Shown: piece after piece, positions 9,576-18,664 of the stretch
Layout of the letters: the number at the start of each line of letters is the position of its first letter
Position numbering within the stretch: position 1 is the first letter of the stretch
From: Nitrospirota bacterium
Lineage (GTDB): Bacteria > Nitrospirota > Thermodesulfovibrionia > Thermodesulfovibrionales > SM23-35
Length of the DNA stretch: 64,000 nt
Direction of reading: 5' to 3'
Assembly (NCBI GenBank): GCA_040754395.1
Contig: JBFMCL010000001.1
Coordinates: 39,634 to 103,633 of the forward strand
Program-made: the position numbers and the translations under genes
The notes under the pieces: model-generated
Told to the model about the DNA's origin: nothing
Database searches by the model: none
Seen by the model: the letters and a program-made list of their open reading frames with translations, nothing else

Positions 9576-10180
9576 TGTATTAACCTCCCGATCCTGTTGA
9601 ATCTCACCCAGTTATCCGGGTCCCAGGACCAATAGATAATAAGCGCCTTGCCCCGTATCTCCTTCAGGGGCACAAAACCCCAGTATCTGCTGTCATAACT
9701 CTGGTCACGGTTATCCCCCATGACAAACAATGTGCCTTCCGGCACGGTTACCGGGTCGAAGTTGTCCCTTGCATCAAATCCTCCCGGCCGTACGAACTTG
9801 TCATAGTGGCGGACGTATGGCTCATTTAACGGTTTTCCGTTCACATACACAACCTTGTTCCGTTCTTCAATCACATCGCCTTCGGTAGCAACTACCCGCT
9901 TGATAAAATCCTTTTCAGGGTTTTCCGGATACCTGAAGACTATGATATCTCCTTTTCCGGGTTCACTGAACGAGAGGATTTTTGTGTCTGTAAACGGAAT
10001 CTTTGTACCGTATATGAACTTGTTGACAAGGATATGATCTCCGATCAGAAGGGTCGGGATCATTGAACCCGACGGTATCTTGAACGCCTGGACAACATAT
10101 GCCCGTATCAAGAGCGCAAGTATCAGTGCAGTGATGATAGCCTCTGTATATTCCCACAACAGCCGTTTTTTGCTTTTCAC
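9572..10180 (-). CDS. lepB: Signal peptidase I
   Basis: 202 aa with an N-terminal TM, an SGSMIPTL catalytic-Ser box and a GDNRDQSYDSRYWG box. Confidence 0.93.
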   Translation of the reverse strand: MKSKKRLLWEYTEAIITALILALLIRAYVVQAFKIPSGSMIPTLLIGDHILVNKFIYGTKIPFTDTKILSFSEPGKGDIIVFRYPENPEKDFIKRVVATEGDVIEERNKVVYVNGKPLNEPYVRHYDKFVRPGGFDARDNFDPVTVPEGTLFVMGDNRDQSYDSRYWGFVPLKEIRGKALIIYWSWDPDNWVRFNRIGRLIQ

Positions 10181-10206
10181 TCAAAAATCCTCCTTAAAGT
10201 TTCCCT

Positions 10207-11148
10207 CTATGCCTTGCTGCCCTTTGTCTGTAGCATCTGAAACACCAGACCTGCTGCCCCAGTAATCCCTGCATCATCCATCAGTGAAGAGGGAACAATC
10301 CTCACCCGGTCAAAGAGTTCCTTCAGGGCCTGCCTTGATGCCTCCCGTATCGCTTCCTGGACGTATATGTCCCAGGCTCCGGTAAGTCCCCCTGCCAGTA
10401 TGATCGCATCGGGGCTCATGATGTTGATAATATTCGCAATCCCGACGCCCAGATAGCGGCCTGCGTTTTTCAGGAGTTCCCTTGCCAGATTATCGCCGTC
10501 AAGAGCAGCCTGGTATATATTCTCGGTGGTAATCTTATACAGATTGCCACCGCATATCCCCCTTAGAAGGCTCTCCCTGCCTTTCTCAAGAACAGAGACA
10601 GCCTGGGAAAGGATAGCCCTGACCGAGGCATAGGACTCGAGACAACCCGAATTGCCGCACGGACATTTTTCTCCACCTGCATTTATGCTCATATGTCCTA
10701 TTTCTGCAGAAACATCCAGAAGTCTGTTATTGAAGATAATCCCTCCTCCAATCCCTGTACCGAGGGTAAAAAGCACAAAATTCGAGAATTCCCTGCCTGC
10801 ACCAACCCATTTTTCGCCAAATGCCGCAGCATTCGCGTCATTTTCAATACAAACCGGCACCCCGAATTTTTCCCGGATTTCCCCGATGAGGTCGATTTTC
10901 TCCACCGCATGCAGGTTCGGAGATATCAGTACCTTCCCGTTTTCTCTGTCTATGAGACCGGCGACTCCGATTCCGATTCCGGCAATATCGTCAGAAAAGA
11001 GCCCACCTGCAGCCTGAAAGATGGAATCGAGTATTTTTTCTGACGTGGGCTCCTTCACCCTTTTTACCATTTCCCCATCATTCGAGACAAGGCCGACTCT
11101 CAGATTTGTACCACCCAGATCTATTCCAATTGCATATTTCTTTGCCAT
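10207..11148 (-). CDS. ROK-family sugar kinase (glucokinase-like)
   Basis: 313 aa with an IDLGGTNLR phosphate-binding start and the ROK zinc motif CPCGNSGCLE. Confidence 0.85.
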   Translation of the reverse strand: MAKKYAIGIDLGGTNLRVGLVSNDGEMVKRVKEPTSEKILDSIFQAAGGLFSDDIAGIGIGVAGLIDRENGKVLISPNLHAVEKIDLIGEIREKFGVPVCIENDANAAAFGEKWVGAGREFSNFVLFTLGTGIGGGIIFNNRLLDVSAEIGHMSINAGGEKCPCGNSGCLESYASVRAILSQAVSVLEKGRESLLRGICGGNLYKITTENIYQAALDGDNLARELLKNAGRYLGVGIANIINIMSPDAIILAGGLTGAWDIYVQEAIREASRQALKELFDRVRIVPSSLMDDAGITGAAGLVFQMLQTKGSKA

Positions 11149-11150
11149 GG

Positions 11151-11363
11151 TTACTCCTCCCGGTACACTTCTATTGCAACCTCAGGACACATTTGCGCAC
11201 AGATTGTACATCCCGTACACTTTTCAGGATGCCGGGCAGTTGTTGGGAAAAAACCTTTTTTATTGAATTTCTCTTCTATCCCGATTACCCCCAAAGGACA
11301 TGCATCCACACAATAGCAGCATCCCTTGCAAGAATCCTTATCGATAATAATCATCCCTTTCAT
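11151..11363 (-). CDS. 2x[4Fe-4S] ferredoxin
   Basis: 70 aa with two cluster motifs, CKGCCYCVDACP and CTGCTICAQMCP. Its start overlaps the recN stop by 4 nt. Confidence 0.85.
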   Translation of the reverse strand: MKGMIIIDKDSCKGCCYCVDACPLGVIGIEEKFNKKGFFPTTARHPEKCTGCTICAQMCPEVAIEVYREE

Positions 11364-13030
11364 GCGTGAGTTTCGATGAGCTCCCGCGCGTGTTTCAGTG
11401 AGACATCCGTGATTTTTCCACTCAGCATCCGGGCGATCTCATTCAATCTCTCATCGCCCTGCAGTGCTCTTGCCTCCACATAAACCCTTCCATTCCTCTG
11501 CGATTTTTCTATCTTCAGGTGCACATCTCCCATAGAAGCTATTTGGGGAAGATGGGTCGTACAAAGAACCTGGTGCCTGTGTGCAATGCCCCGCAGTTTC
11601 TTCCCGACACTGCCGGCGGTCTTGCCCCCGATCCCTGCGTCAACCTCATCGAATATCAGGACAGATATGTTGTCAAACTCTGCAAGAGTGCTTTTGAGCG
11701 CAAGCATGACGCGTGACAGTTCTCCGCCGGATGCAATCTTTGCCAGAGGCTTTGGGGGTTCCCCCGGATTTGCAGAAAAAAGGAATTCCACCCTGTCATA
11801 CCCGTGAGGGGCAACCGCTGTCTTCTCGAAGCCGATGACAAATTCCGCCCTGCTGAACGCAAGATCCTTCAATTCATGCGCAATATGCCTTTCCATTGCC
11901 TTAGTAGCCTTCTTTCTCTGTGCGGAAAGGTGGCCGGCAGCAGAAAGGAGCATCTGTTCTTTCCGCCCGAGGTCATCTTCAAGGGCATCAAGCCGCTCGT
12001 CAACAGACTCGAGTTCCCTGAGTTCTCTTGCCGCTTCTTTCCTGAATCGTATGATATTTTCGATACCTTCCCCGTATTTTTTTTCCAGTTTTTGCAGGGC
12101 TTCGAGCCTCTCGAGAACTGCATCAAGCTTCTCCGGCCCCGTGTGATACTTTTCCTTCAGCTGTCTGAGGGATATCGCAGCTTCCTCAACCAAAGGGTGG
12201 GCAGATTCGAGTATATGCAGGATATCAGATACCCTGTGGTCGATGGAGGACATTTCCCTTACCTTACTTATTATAGACGAAAGCTTTTCGATACATGAAC
12301 CTTCAGCCCCATAAATGAGCCCGTATGCCTCTTCCGAACGTTCATTCAACCTTCTGATATTCGAGAGGATCGCTTTCTGTTCAGTCAGATCTTCCTTTTC
12401 TCCCGGTGTCAGAGACGCAGTATCTATCTCGTGAATCTGGAATCTCAGGAGATCAATCCTGTAAGCCCTTTCTTTTATCTGCTGTCTCAGTGCTTCTCTC
12501 TCCTGTTTCAGGCCTTCCACATCTTTATAGAGAGTCCGGACATTTTCACCATCCTCCCGCAGATTACCAAAAGCATCAAGGAAATCCCTGTGTTTCTCAA
12601 TGGAAAGAAGGCTCTGGTGTTCATGCTGCCCGTGAATTTCCACGAGCGACCTTCCCACCTGAGCGAGGCTCTGCAGGCTGACCATGGCGTCGTTTATATA
12701 TGATCTGCTTTTGCCTGTCGCTGAGACCGACCTTCTGAGAATAAGGGCATCAGCCACATCGAGCCCGATATCAGGCAATCTGTGAGTATTCTCTACTTCA
12801 AAATAGGCCTGCACCATCGCCTCTTTTTCTCCGGTTCTCACAAGGTCCGACTGTGCTCTGCTTCCAAGAACAAGATTGAGGGAATCAACTATGATGGATT
12901 TCCCGGCACCTGTCTCGCCGGTAAGTACATTGAATCCCTTTTCAAACCTGATCTGCAGGTCATCAACGATAGCAAGATTCTTTATTCTGAGTTCCTTTAG
13001 CATCCAGTTGGTTGTCACAGAGATTTGCAT
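11360..13030 (-). CDS. recN: DNA repair protein RecN
   Basis: 556 aa with Walker A GETGAGKS, a long coiled-coil centre, the SGGELSRVMLAL signature and Walker B LIFDEVDAGIGG. Confidence 0.95.
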   Translation of the reverse strand: MQISVTTNWMLKELRIKNLAIVDDLQIRFEKGFNVLTGETGAGKSIIVDSLNLVLGSRAQSDLVRTGEKEAMVQAYFEVENTHRLPDIGLDVADALILRRSVSATGKSRSYINDAMVSLQSLAQVGRSLVEIHGQHEHQSLLSIEKHRDFLDAFGNLREDGENVRTLYKDVEGLKQEREALRQQIKERAYRIDLLRFQIHEIDTASLTPGEKEDLTEQKAILSNIRRLNERSEEAYGLIYGAEGSCIEKLSSIISKVREMSSIDHRVSDILHILESAHPLVEEAAISLRQLKEKYHTGPEKLDAVLERLEALQKLEKKYGEGIENIIRFRKEAARELRELESVDERLDALEDDLGRKEQMLLSAAGHLSAQRKKATKAMERHIAHELKDLAFSRAEFVIGFEKTAVAPHGYDRVEFLFSANPGEPPKPLAKIASGGELSRVMLALKSTLAEFDNISVLIFDEVDAGIGGKTAGSVGKKLRGIAHRHQVLCTTHLPQIASMGDVHLKIEKSQRNGRVYVEARALQGDERLNEIARMLSGKITDVSLKHARELIETHA

Positions 13031-13040
13031 ACATAAACAG

Positions 13041-13090
13041 CAAAAATAATGCAGATGTTGCGGAAATACCTCTCACAACATCTGCATTAT
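13041..13090 (-). terminator. Intrinsic terminator after acyP
   Basis: Perfect 15-bp inverted repeat ATAATGCAGATGTTG (13046-13060) / CAACATCTGCATTAT (13076-13090). On the minus strand it is followed by TTTTT. Confidence 0.75.
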
Positions 13091-13371
13091 CAGGAATATT
13101 TTACACTAAACGCTTTCTCTGCGCCGGTATATGTTTCCCATGTGACCTCGACAGACGAAACACTCGCCCCGGGAGGGCCGATGTTACACTGCTGAATTGC
13201 CTTTCTGATAATCTCTTTATCGCCCTCAAAAAGTGCTTCCACCCGGCCGTCCCTGAGGTTCCTGACCCATCCGCACAGGCCAAGTCCAAGTGCCAGTTCC
13301 CTGGTGAAAGCACGATAAAATACCCCCTGCACCCGGCCGTCGATAAATACATGAGCCCTTGCCTTTTCCAT
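13090..13371 (-). CDS. acyP: Acylphosphatase
   Basis: 93 aa with GRVQGVFYR and GWVRNLRDGRVE signatures. Confidence 0.9.
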   Translation of the reverse strand: MEKARAHVFIDGRVQGVFYRAFTRELALGLGLCGWVRNLRDGRVEALFEGDKEIIRKAIQQCNIGPPGASVSSVEVTWETYTGAEKAFSVKYS

Positions 13372-13403
13372 AGGATTACAAAAAATTATAGCATACTTGC
13401 CTG

Positions 13404-14126
13404 TTACAACTCTCCGAGGTAGACCTTTTTTACCTGTTCATTATTCAGGAGGTCATATCCCATTCCCTCGAGCGATATCCTGCCGTTTTCAAGCACATAC
13501 CCCCTGCTGGAAAGGTTCAGGGCAGCCCGGGCATTCTGCTCAACGAGGAGTACGGTTACTCCCTCCCTGTTGATCTCTTTAATAGTCCTGAAGATTTTGC
13601 TTACAATGATCGGTGCAAGTCCCAGAGAAGGTTCATCCAGAAGCAGGAGTTTCGGCCTTGACATAAGTGCCCTGGCGATCGCAAGCATCTGCTGTTCACC
13701 TCCGCTCAGGGTTCCTCCGAGCTGCCGGCTTCTCTCTTTCAATATGGGGAAGAGGGCGTACACCTGCTCGAGTGAGGCCGAAAAGTGTTCTTTTGAAGAA
13801 AATGATCCCATTTCAAGATTCTCTCGTATGGTAAGCTTGGGGAAAATCCTTCTTCCCTCAGGTACCTGGCTGATACCGAGTTCCACAATCCTGTGGGGCG
13901 CGACTCCCGCAATGCTATATCCCTCAAAAAACACTTCTCCCGATTGTGGCTTGAGAATGCCGGATATGGTCATGAGGGCAGTGGATTTTCCTGCCCCGTT
14001 ATTGCCGATCAGGCATACAATCTCGCCTTTCCTGACTTCCAGATGAATGCCTTTCAGGGCCTCAATGGGACCGTAGAATGTGTGCACACTGTTCAGCAGA
14101 AGCATATCAGTCGTTTCTTCGGACAT
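13404..14126 (-). CDS. livF: Branched-chain amino acid ABC transporter ATP-binding protein LivF
   Basis: 240 aa with Walker A GNNGAGKST, LSGGEQQML and LLLLDEPSLGLAP. Confidence 0.88.
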   Translation of the reverse strand: MSEETTDMLLLNSVHTFYGPIEALKGIHLEVRKGEIVCLIGNNGAGKSTALMTISGILKPQSGEVFFEGYSIAGVAPHRIVELGISQVPEGRRIFPKLTIRENLEMGSFSSKEHFSASLEQVYALFPILKERSRQLGGTLSGGEQQMLAIARALMSRPKLLLLDEPSLGLAPIIVSKIFRTIKEINREGVTVLLVEQNARAALNLSSRGYVLENGRISLEGMGYDLLNNEQVKKVYLGEL

Positions 14127-14269
14127 TACACAAGAACACCAAGAAAACCTGCCCTGGACTCAATGTATTTGAACTCTGCGATGATAGTTGATCCTTCACT
14201 GTGCAGGGCAATCCGTCTGCCCCCGGAAACGTACATAACCGTGTTCCGTAATGCACGGACTGACACATA

Positions 14270-15034
14270 TCACGAATACTCCTTCCCGAGATAGGCCTCG
14301 ATGACCGTCTGATCATTGCGTATTTCAGAAGGCTGTCCTTCTGCGATCTTCACTCCGTGATTCAGCACAGCAATCCTGTCGGATATCTCCATGACGACTT
14401 TCATGTCATGCTCGATGATCAGGACAGTCTTGCCAAACCCCTTAATGTTCTTTATAAGTTCCATTACCTTCAGCGTCTCCTGCGGGTTCATCCCTGCGGT
14501 AGGTTCATCAAGCAGTATCAGCATCGGTTCTGCCGCCAATGCCCTTGCAATTTCGAGCCTTCTCTGGGCGCCATACGGAAGGCTTCCGGAAACCGTGTCT
14601 GAATACTCCGATAATCCCACAAAATCGATGTATTCAAAGGCTTTTTCTCTGATGATTCGCTCTTCATCGCGGAAACTCCTCCACCGTGCGACTGCGCTAA
14701 GGAGCCCTGCCCGTGTCCTGCAATGCTGGGCAACCATGACGTTTTCGATAACAGACATGTCTCTGAACAGTCTGATATTCTGAAAGGTCCTTGCTATTCC
14801 GAGCCGCACGATATCATGAGGCAAAAGCCTCCCGATATCCCTGCCTGCAAAACGGATTGTTCCCTTCGATGGTCTTGCAAGGCCGGTCAGGCAATTGAAG
14901 AATGTGGTCTTTCCGGCGCCGTTCGGGCCGATAATACTCATAATGAGGCCTTCCTTTACCTTCAGGGTTATCTCTTCGATCGCCCTGATACCGCCGAAAT
15001 GCATTGATATATCCCTAACTTCTAAGAGAAACAC
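14270..15034 (-). CDS. livG: Branched-chain amino acid ABC transporter ATP-binding protein LivG
   Basis: 254 aa with GPNGAGKTT, LPYGAQRRLEIARAL and LILLDEPTAGMNP. Confidence 0.88.
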   Translation of the reverse strand: MFLLEVRDISMHFGGIRAIEEITLKVKEGLIMSIIGPNGAGKTTFFNCLTGLARPSKGTIRFAGRDIGRLLPHDIVRLGIARTFQNIRLFRDMSVIENVMVAQHCRTRAGLLSAVARWRSFRDEERIIREKAFEYIDFVGLSEYSDTVSGSLPYGAQRRLEIARALAAEPMLILLDEPTAGMNPQETLKVMELIKNIKGFGKTVLIIEHDMKVVMEISDRIAVLNHGVKIAEGQPSEIRNDQTVIEAYLGKEYS

Positions 15035-16187
15035 CTTTTCCTCCGAAGAGCCCCTGCGGTCTGAAGACCATCAGAAGCACAAGCCCCGCACCAAGCAAAA
15101 GCATCCGGTAAAGCTGCACTTCCCGTAGAATCTCAGGCAGCAACACTAGGATGACAGAACCGATAATCACGCCTGCGATGCTGCCAATTCCGCCGAGAAT
15201 GACCATGCAGAGAATAAGGACGGACTCCATGAACGTAAAACTCTCAGGAGATATGAACTGCATCTTCCCCGCAAATACCGCGCCTGCAAGGCCTGCCCAG
15301 AACGCACCGAAGGCAAAGGCATAGAGTTTATACATTGTGGTGTGAATGCCCATCACGGATGCGGCTATCTCATCCTCCCGAATCGCCACCCATGCCCTCC
15401 CGATCCTGGAGGCATAGACCCTTCTGGTAACAAAGAAGGTTATGAGGACAAACACAAGGACAAGATAGTAATAGTGCGTCAGTGTTCCGAACGAGACCGA
15501 CAAGATTGAAGGTGGCTCGATTCCTGAAAGGCCGTTCGGCCCCCTTGTCAGGCTGTCCCAGTTATTCAGGATGAGCCTGGTTATTTCTCCAAATCCAAGG
15601 GTAACGATGGCAAGATAGTCTCCTCTCAGCCTCAACGCAGGAACCGCCAGCAGGAAACCTGCCGCGGCGGAAAGCCCTACTGCCAATGGCAGCGCGGGCC
15701 AGAAGCCAATCCCGGCATGTATGTTGAGAAGCGCATATGTATATGCGCCTATGGCATAAAAAGCTACAAAACCCAAATTGAGAAGGCCTGCAAATCCTAC
15801 TACGACGTTCAATCCGAGCGCAAGTATCATATAAATTCCCACGAGAACCGCAACATCGATGAAATAATCCCTGAGCATGAAAGGCAGGATAAGAATACCC
15901 ACCAGCAGAACGTACTGCAGAATCTTTTTCGAACGGCACGAGCATAACCCTGAAGCTTCTATCCTGTGCCGCATGGAGCCGGCCAGTACGAGGATTTTTT
16001 TTGATAATCCGGAGATATATTTTGCCGAGATGAAGATACAGGAAAAAACTGCAAAAGAGACCAACGCTGCTTTCCATCCCTTAAACGGGAAAAAAAGCAG
16101 GGACAACCACAATGCTATTATCAGGGGGTTGGCTGTCCTGAGAAATCTCTCTTTCAGAGATGTTCCCTGCGATATGAGATCTGCCAC
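15015..16187 (-). CDS. livM: Branched-chain amino acid ABC transporter permease LivM
   Basis: 390 aa polytopic membrane protein. LivM-type core plus an N-terminal TM extension of roughly 90 aa. Confidence 0.85.
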   Translation of the reverse strand: MADLISQGTSLKERFLRTANPLIIALWLSLLFFPFKGWKAALVSFAVFSCIFISAKYISGLSKKILVLAGSMRHRIEASGLCSCRSKKILQYVLLVGILILPFMLRDYFIDVAVLVGIYMILALGLNVVVGFAGLLNLGFVAFYAIGAYTYALLNIHAGIGFWPALPLAVGLSAAAGFLLAVPALRLRGDYLAIVTLGFGEITRLILNNWDSLTRGPNGLSGIEPPSILSVSFGTLTHYYYLVLVFVLITFFVTRRVYASRIGRAWVAIREDEIAASVMGIHTTMYKLYAFAFGAFWAGLAGAVFAGKMQFISPESFTFMESVLILCMVILGGIGSIAGVIIGSVILVLLPEILREVQLYRMLLLGAGLVLLMVFRPQGLFGGKGVSLRS

Positions 16188-16190
16188 TGC

Positions 16191-17093
16191 TTACACCTTC
16201 TCCAGTTCTGCCTTTCCAAAAAGCCCACCCGGCTTTACCAGCAGCACGATAATCAGGAGGATAAACGCGTATGCATCCTTGTATTCGCTCGACAGGTAAC
16301 TGCTGCCGAAGCTTTCCACAAGGCCGAGCAGGATACCACCGAACATCGCCCCGCGAATACTGCCAATCCCTCCGAGGACTGCTGCAGTAAACGCCTTAAT
16401 GCCGGCGATATACCCGATCGAATAATTCACAAGCCCGTAATACATCGCGACCATAAGTCCGGCAACCGCTGCGAGTCCGGATCCAATGACAAATGTGAGA
16501 GAAATGACGGTGTCGATATTGATGCCCACAAGCGATGCCATTACTTTGTCCTGGGCAACCGCTCTCATCGCCTTGCCCATTCTCGTCTTTCGTATAAACA
16601 CGCGCAACGCTATCATCAATACGATCGAAACGACTATTATCGTAATCTGCAGATAGGTCATCCTCACAGACAGGAATTCAAGGCCTGCGGCTCCGAAAAG
16701 ATGCGGAAAGACCTTGTCGGTAGCTCCCTGAGTAAGCATGACATAGTTCTGCAGGAATATGGACATCCCGATCGCGCTGATAAGAGGGCTCAGCCTCGGA
16801 GCTTTTCTCAACGGCTTATATGCGATTTTTTCGATTGTGAACCCGTAGGCAGCACAAAAGAGTACCGAAAGCATGAAGGTGAGCATGAGCGCAAGCGGCA
16901 GGTTGTATGCAGTCAGACCGGCAGCGGTGAAAAAGGCGAAGAAAATAATTCCAAGATATGCACCGAGCATGTATATCTCTCCGTGCGCAAAATTTATCAA
17001 TTCGAGGATGCCGTAGACCATGGAATACCCCAGTGCGATAAGCGCATACACACTGCCCAGGGTCAGCCCGTTTACCAGTTGCTGCAAAAACAT
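16191..17093 (-). CDS. livH: Branched-chain amino acid ABC transporter permease LivH
   Basis: 300 aa polytopic LivH-type permease (MFLQQLVNGLTLGSVYALIALGYSMVYG...). Confidence 0.88.
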   Translation of the reverse strand: MFLQQLVNGLTLGSVYALIALGYSMVYGILELINFAHGEIYMLGAYLGIIFFAFFTAAGLTAYNLPLALMLTFMLSVLFCAAYGFTIEKIAYKPLRKAPRLSPLISAIGMSIFLQNYVMLTQGATDKVFPHLFGAAGLEFLSVRMTYLQITIIVVSIVLMIALRVFIRKTRMGKAMRAVAQDKVMASLVGINIDTVISLTFVIGSGLAAVAGLMVAMYYGLVNYSIGYIAGIKAFTAAVLGGIGSIRGAMFGGILLGLVESFGSSYLSSEYKDAYAFILLIIVLLVKPGGLFGKAELEKV

Positions 17094-17143
17094 GATGAAT
17101 TTTAGCAGAAAAAACCTGAGAGAGCAAAGCGCGCAGGATACCG

Positions 17144-17172
17144 TTGACTAACGGATATACATACCATATAAA
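17144..17172 (+). promoter_or_regulatory. Candidate sigma70 promoter for the histidine kinase gene (near-leaderless)
   Basis: TTGACT (17144-17149), a 17-nt spacer, then TATAAA (17167-17172). The ATG at 17182 is only 10 nt downstream and has no SD, implying a leaderless or near-leaderless mRNA. Confidence 0.4.
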
Positions 17173-17181
17173 ATATGCATA

Positions 17182-18606
17182 ATGTCAATGAAGGACTATT
17201 TCCTCAGCCTTTCCCTCAATAAAAAACTCATCGGGATGATGTTGCTCCTGAGCCTGATTCTTGTCTCGGTCCTGACATTTCTCTATGCACAATCCGAAAA
17301 AGTCCTGCTCGAAGAACTCGAAAAACAGACTGCGGAACTCTCAAAGGCGATTCAGGTCGGCGTTGAAGAGGTCACCAGCAAGGGGTATACTGACGAAGTC
17401 AGGCTGCAGAATTATCTGAAGCAACTGAACACGAAAGGGGTCAGGGAAATATCCATAATAAGCAACACGGATGAGATAGTCGCGAGCACAAACCCGGCCA
17501 GGGTCGGCGAGGAGCTCGGCCCCACAAAAAAGGAGCGCATCATAAAGGCAGAACTCGGGGAGCCGGTATCAAAAGAGGGCAAGGTCTATAATGTCATCCT
17601 CCCGGTCGTTGCAGGCAATGAACATTACGGATATATCCATCTCAAGATAAATGCTGAAGACTTCTCGGATATTCTGACAAACAACGCAATACAAAGGGTT
17701 GTCGCAACATCTCTGGTATTCGGACTTGGAATTGTCCTTGCGGCTCTGCTCTCGTGGTTTTATACAAAACCGATACATAATGTCGTCAACGCAGCCCGCT
17801 CTGTCGCGGCAGGTGATCTGTCCATGGAACTTTACACTGACCGGAAAGATGAGATAGGGGAACTGACACAGACTTTCAACTATATGGTGCAGAAACTCAG
17901 GGAAGAGCGTGCACTCGAGGAGAAACTGCGGGAAGCAGAGCATCTTTCGGGCATCGCACAACTGGCAAAGGGTATTGCGCATGAGATACGGAACCCACTG
18001 AATTTCATCAGCCTGTCGATCGATCACCTAAAAACAAAACACGCGCCTGCAGAAGAAAAAGACAGGGTGGTATTTGAATCGCTTATCACAAGCATAAAAC
18101 ATGAAATCCAGAGACTGAATAAGCTTGTCGGCGATTTCCTCGATTACGGGAAACCGTTAAAGCTCAGCCTGCAGGAGGTCAACCTTGCAGGTCTCATAAA
18201 GGAAATTATTTCCCTTGTATGGGCAAAGGCAGAGAAAGACGGGATCAGGATACATTTCCTTGATCAGGGAATTCCAAAACTTTCAGTTGATCCGGAACTC
18301 CTCAAGACATGTATTCTCAATATTGTCCTGAATGCATTCCAGGCGATGCCGTCAGGAGGGAAACTCTCGATAGATGCAAAGAAATCTCAGCACAAGGTTT
18401 ACATCGTCATTGAAGATACGGGAATCGGTGTCCCAAAGGAAAACCTGCCGAAACTGTTCGATCCGTTTTTCTCGACAAAAAGCACCGGACTCGGACTCGG
18501 ACTTGCTATGACCAGACGGGTTATCGAAGAACACGGAGGAAAGGTCGACTTCCAGAGTGAAGAAGGCAGGGGAAGTATAATAACGATATCTTTACCTGTC
18601 AGGTAA
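17182..18606 (+). CDS. Sensor histidine kinase (TM - periplasmic domain - TM - HAMP - HisKA - HATPase)
   Basis: 474 aa with two TM segments flanking a loop of about 150 aa, and a HAMP domain. It has the H-box HEIRNPLNF and G-boxes DTGIGV and GLGLGLA. Confidence 0.9.
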   Translation: MSMKDYFLSLSLNKKLIGMMLLLSLILVSVLTFLYAQSEKVLLEELEKQTAELSKAIQVGVEEVTSKGYTDEVRLQNYLKQLNTKGVREISIISNTDEIVASTNPARVGEELGPTKKERIIKAELGEPVSKEGKVYNVILPVVAGNEHYGYIHLKINAEDFSDILTNNAIQRVVATSLVFGLGIVLAALLSWFYTKPIHNVVNAARSVAAGDLSMELYTDRKDEIGELTQTFNYMVQKLREERALEEKLREAEHLSGIAQLAKGIAHEIRNPLNFISLSIDHLKTKHAPAEEKDRVVFESLITSIKHEIQRLNKLVGDFLDYGKPLKLSLQEVNLAGLIKEIISLVWAKAEKDGIRIHFLDQGIPKLSVDPELLKTCILNIVLNAFQAMPSGGKLSIDAKKSQHKVYIVIEDTGIGVPKENLPKLFDPFFSTKSTGLGLGLAMTRRVIEEHGGKVDFQSEEGRGSIITISLPVR

Positions 18607-18664
18607 AGCGGAAATATCTGCCGCTTCCTGTATCAAAAAAACGGTGACGCGGCTGGAGGAACCC

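Noticed and set aside
15562-16077. 171-aa minus-strand alternative-frame ORF inside livM. Similar out-of-frame ORFs lie inside aprA (56684-57175) and hppA.
   Set aside because: These are Arg- and Cys-rich off-frame translations of well-supported genes.
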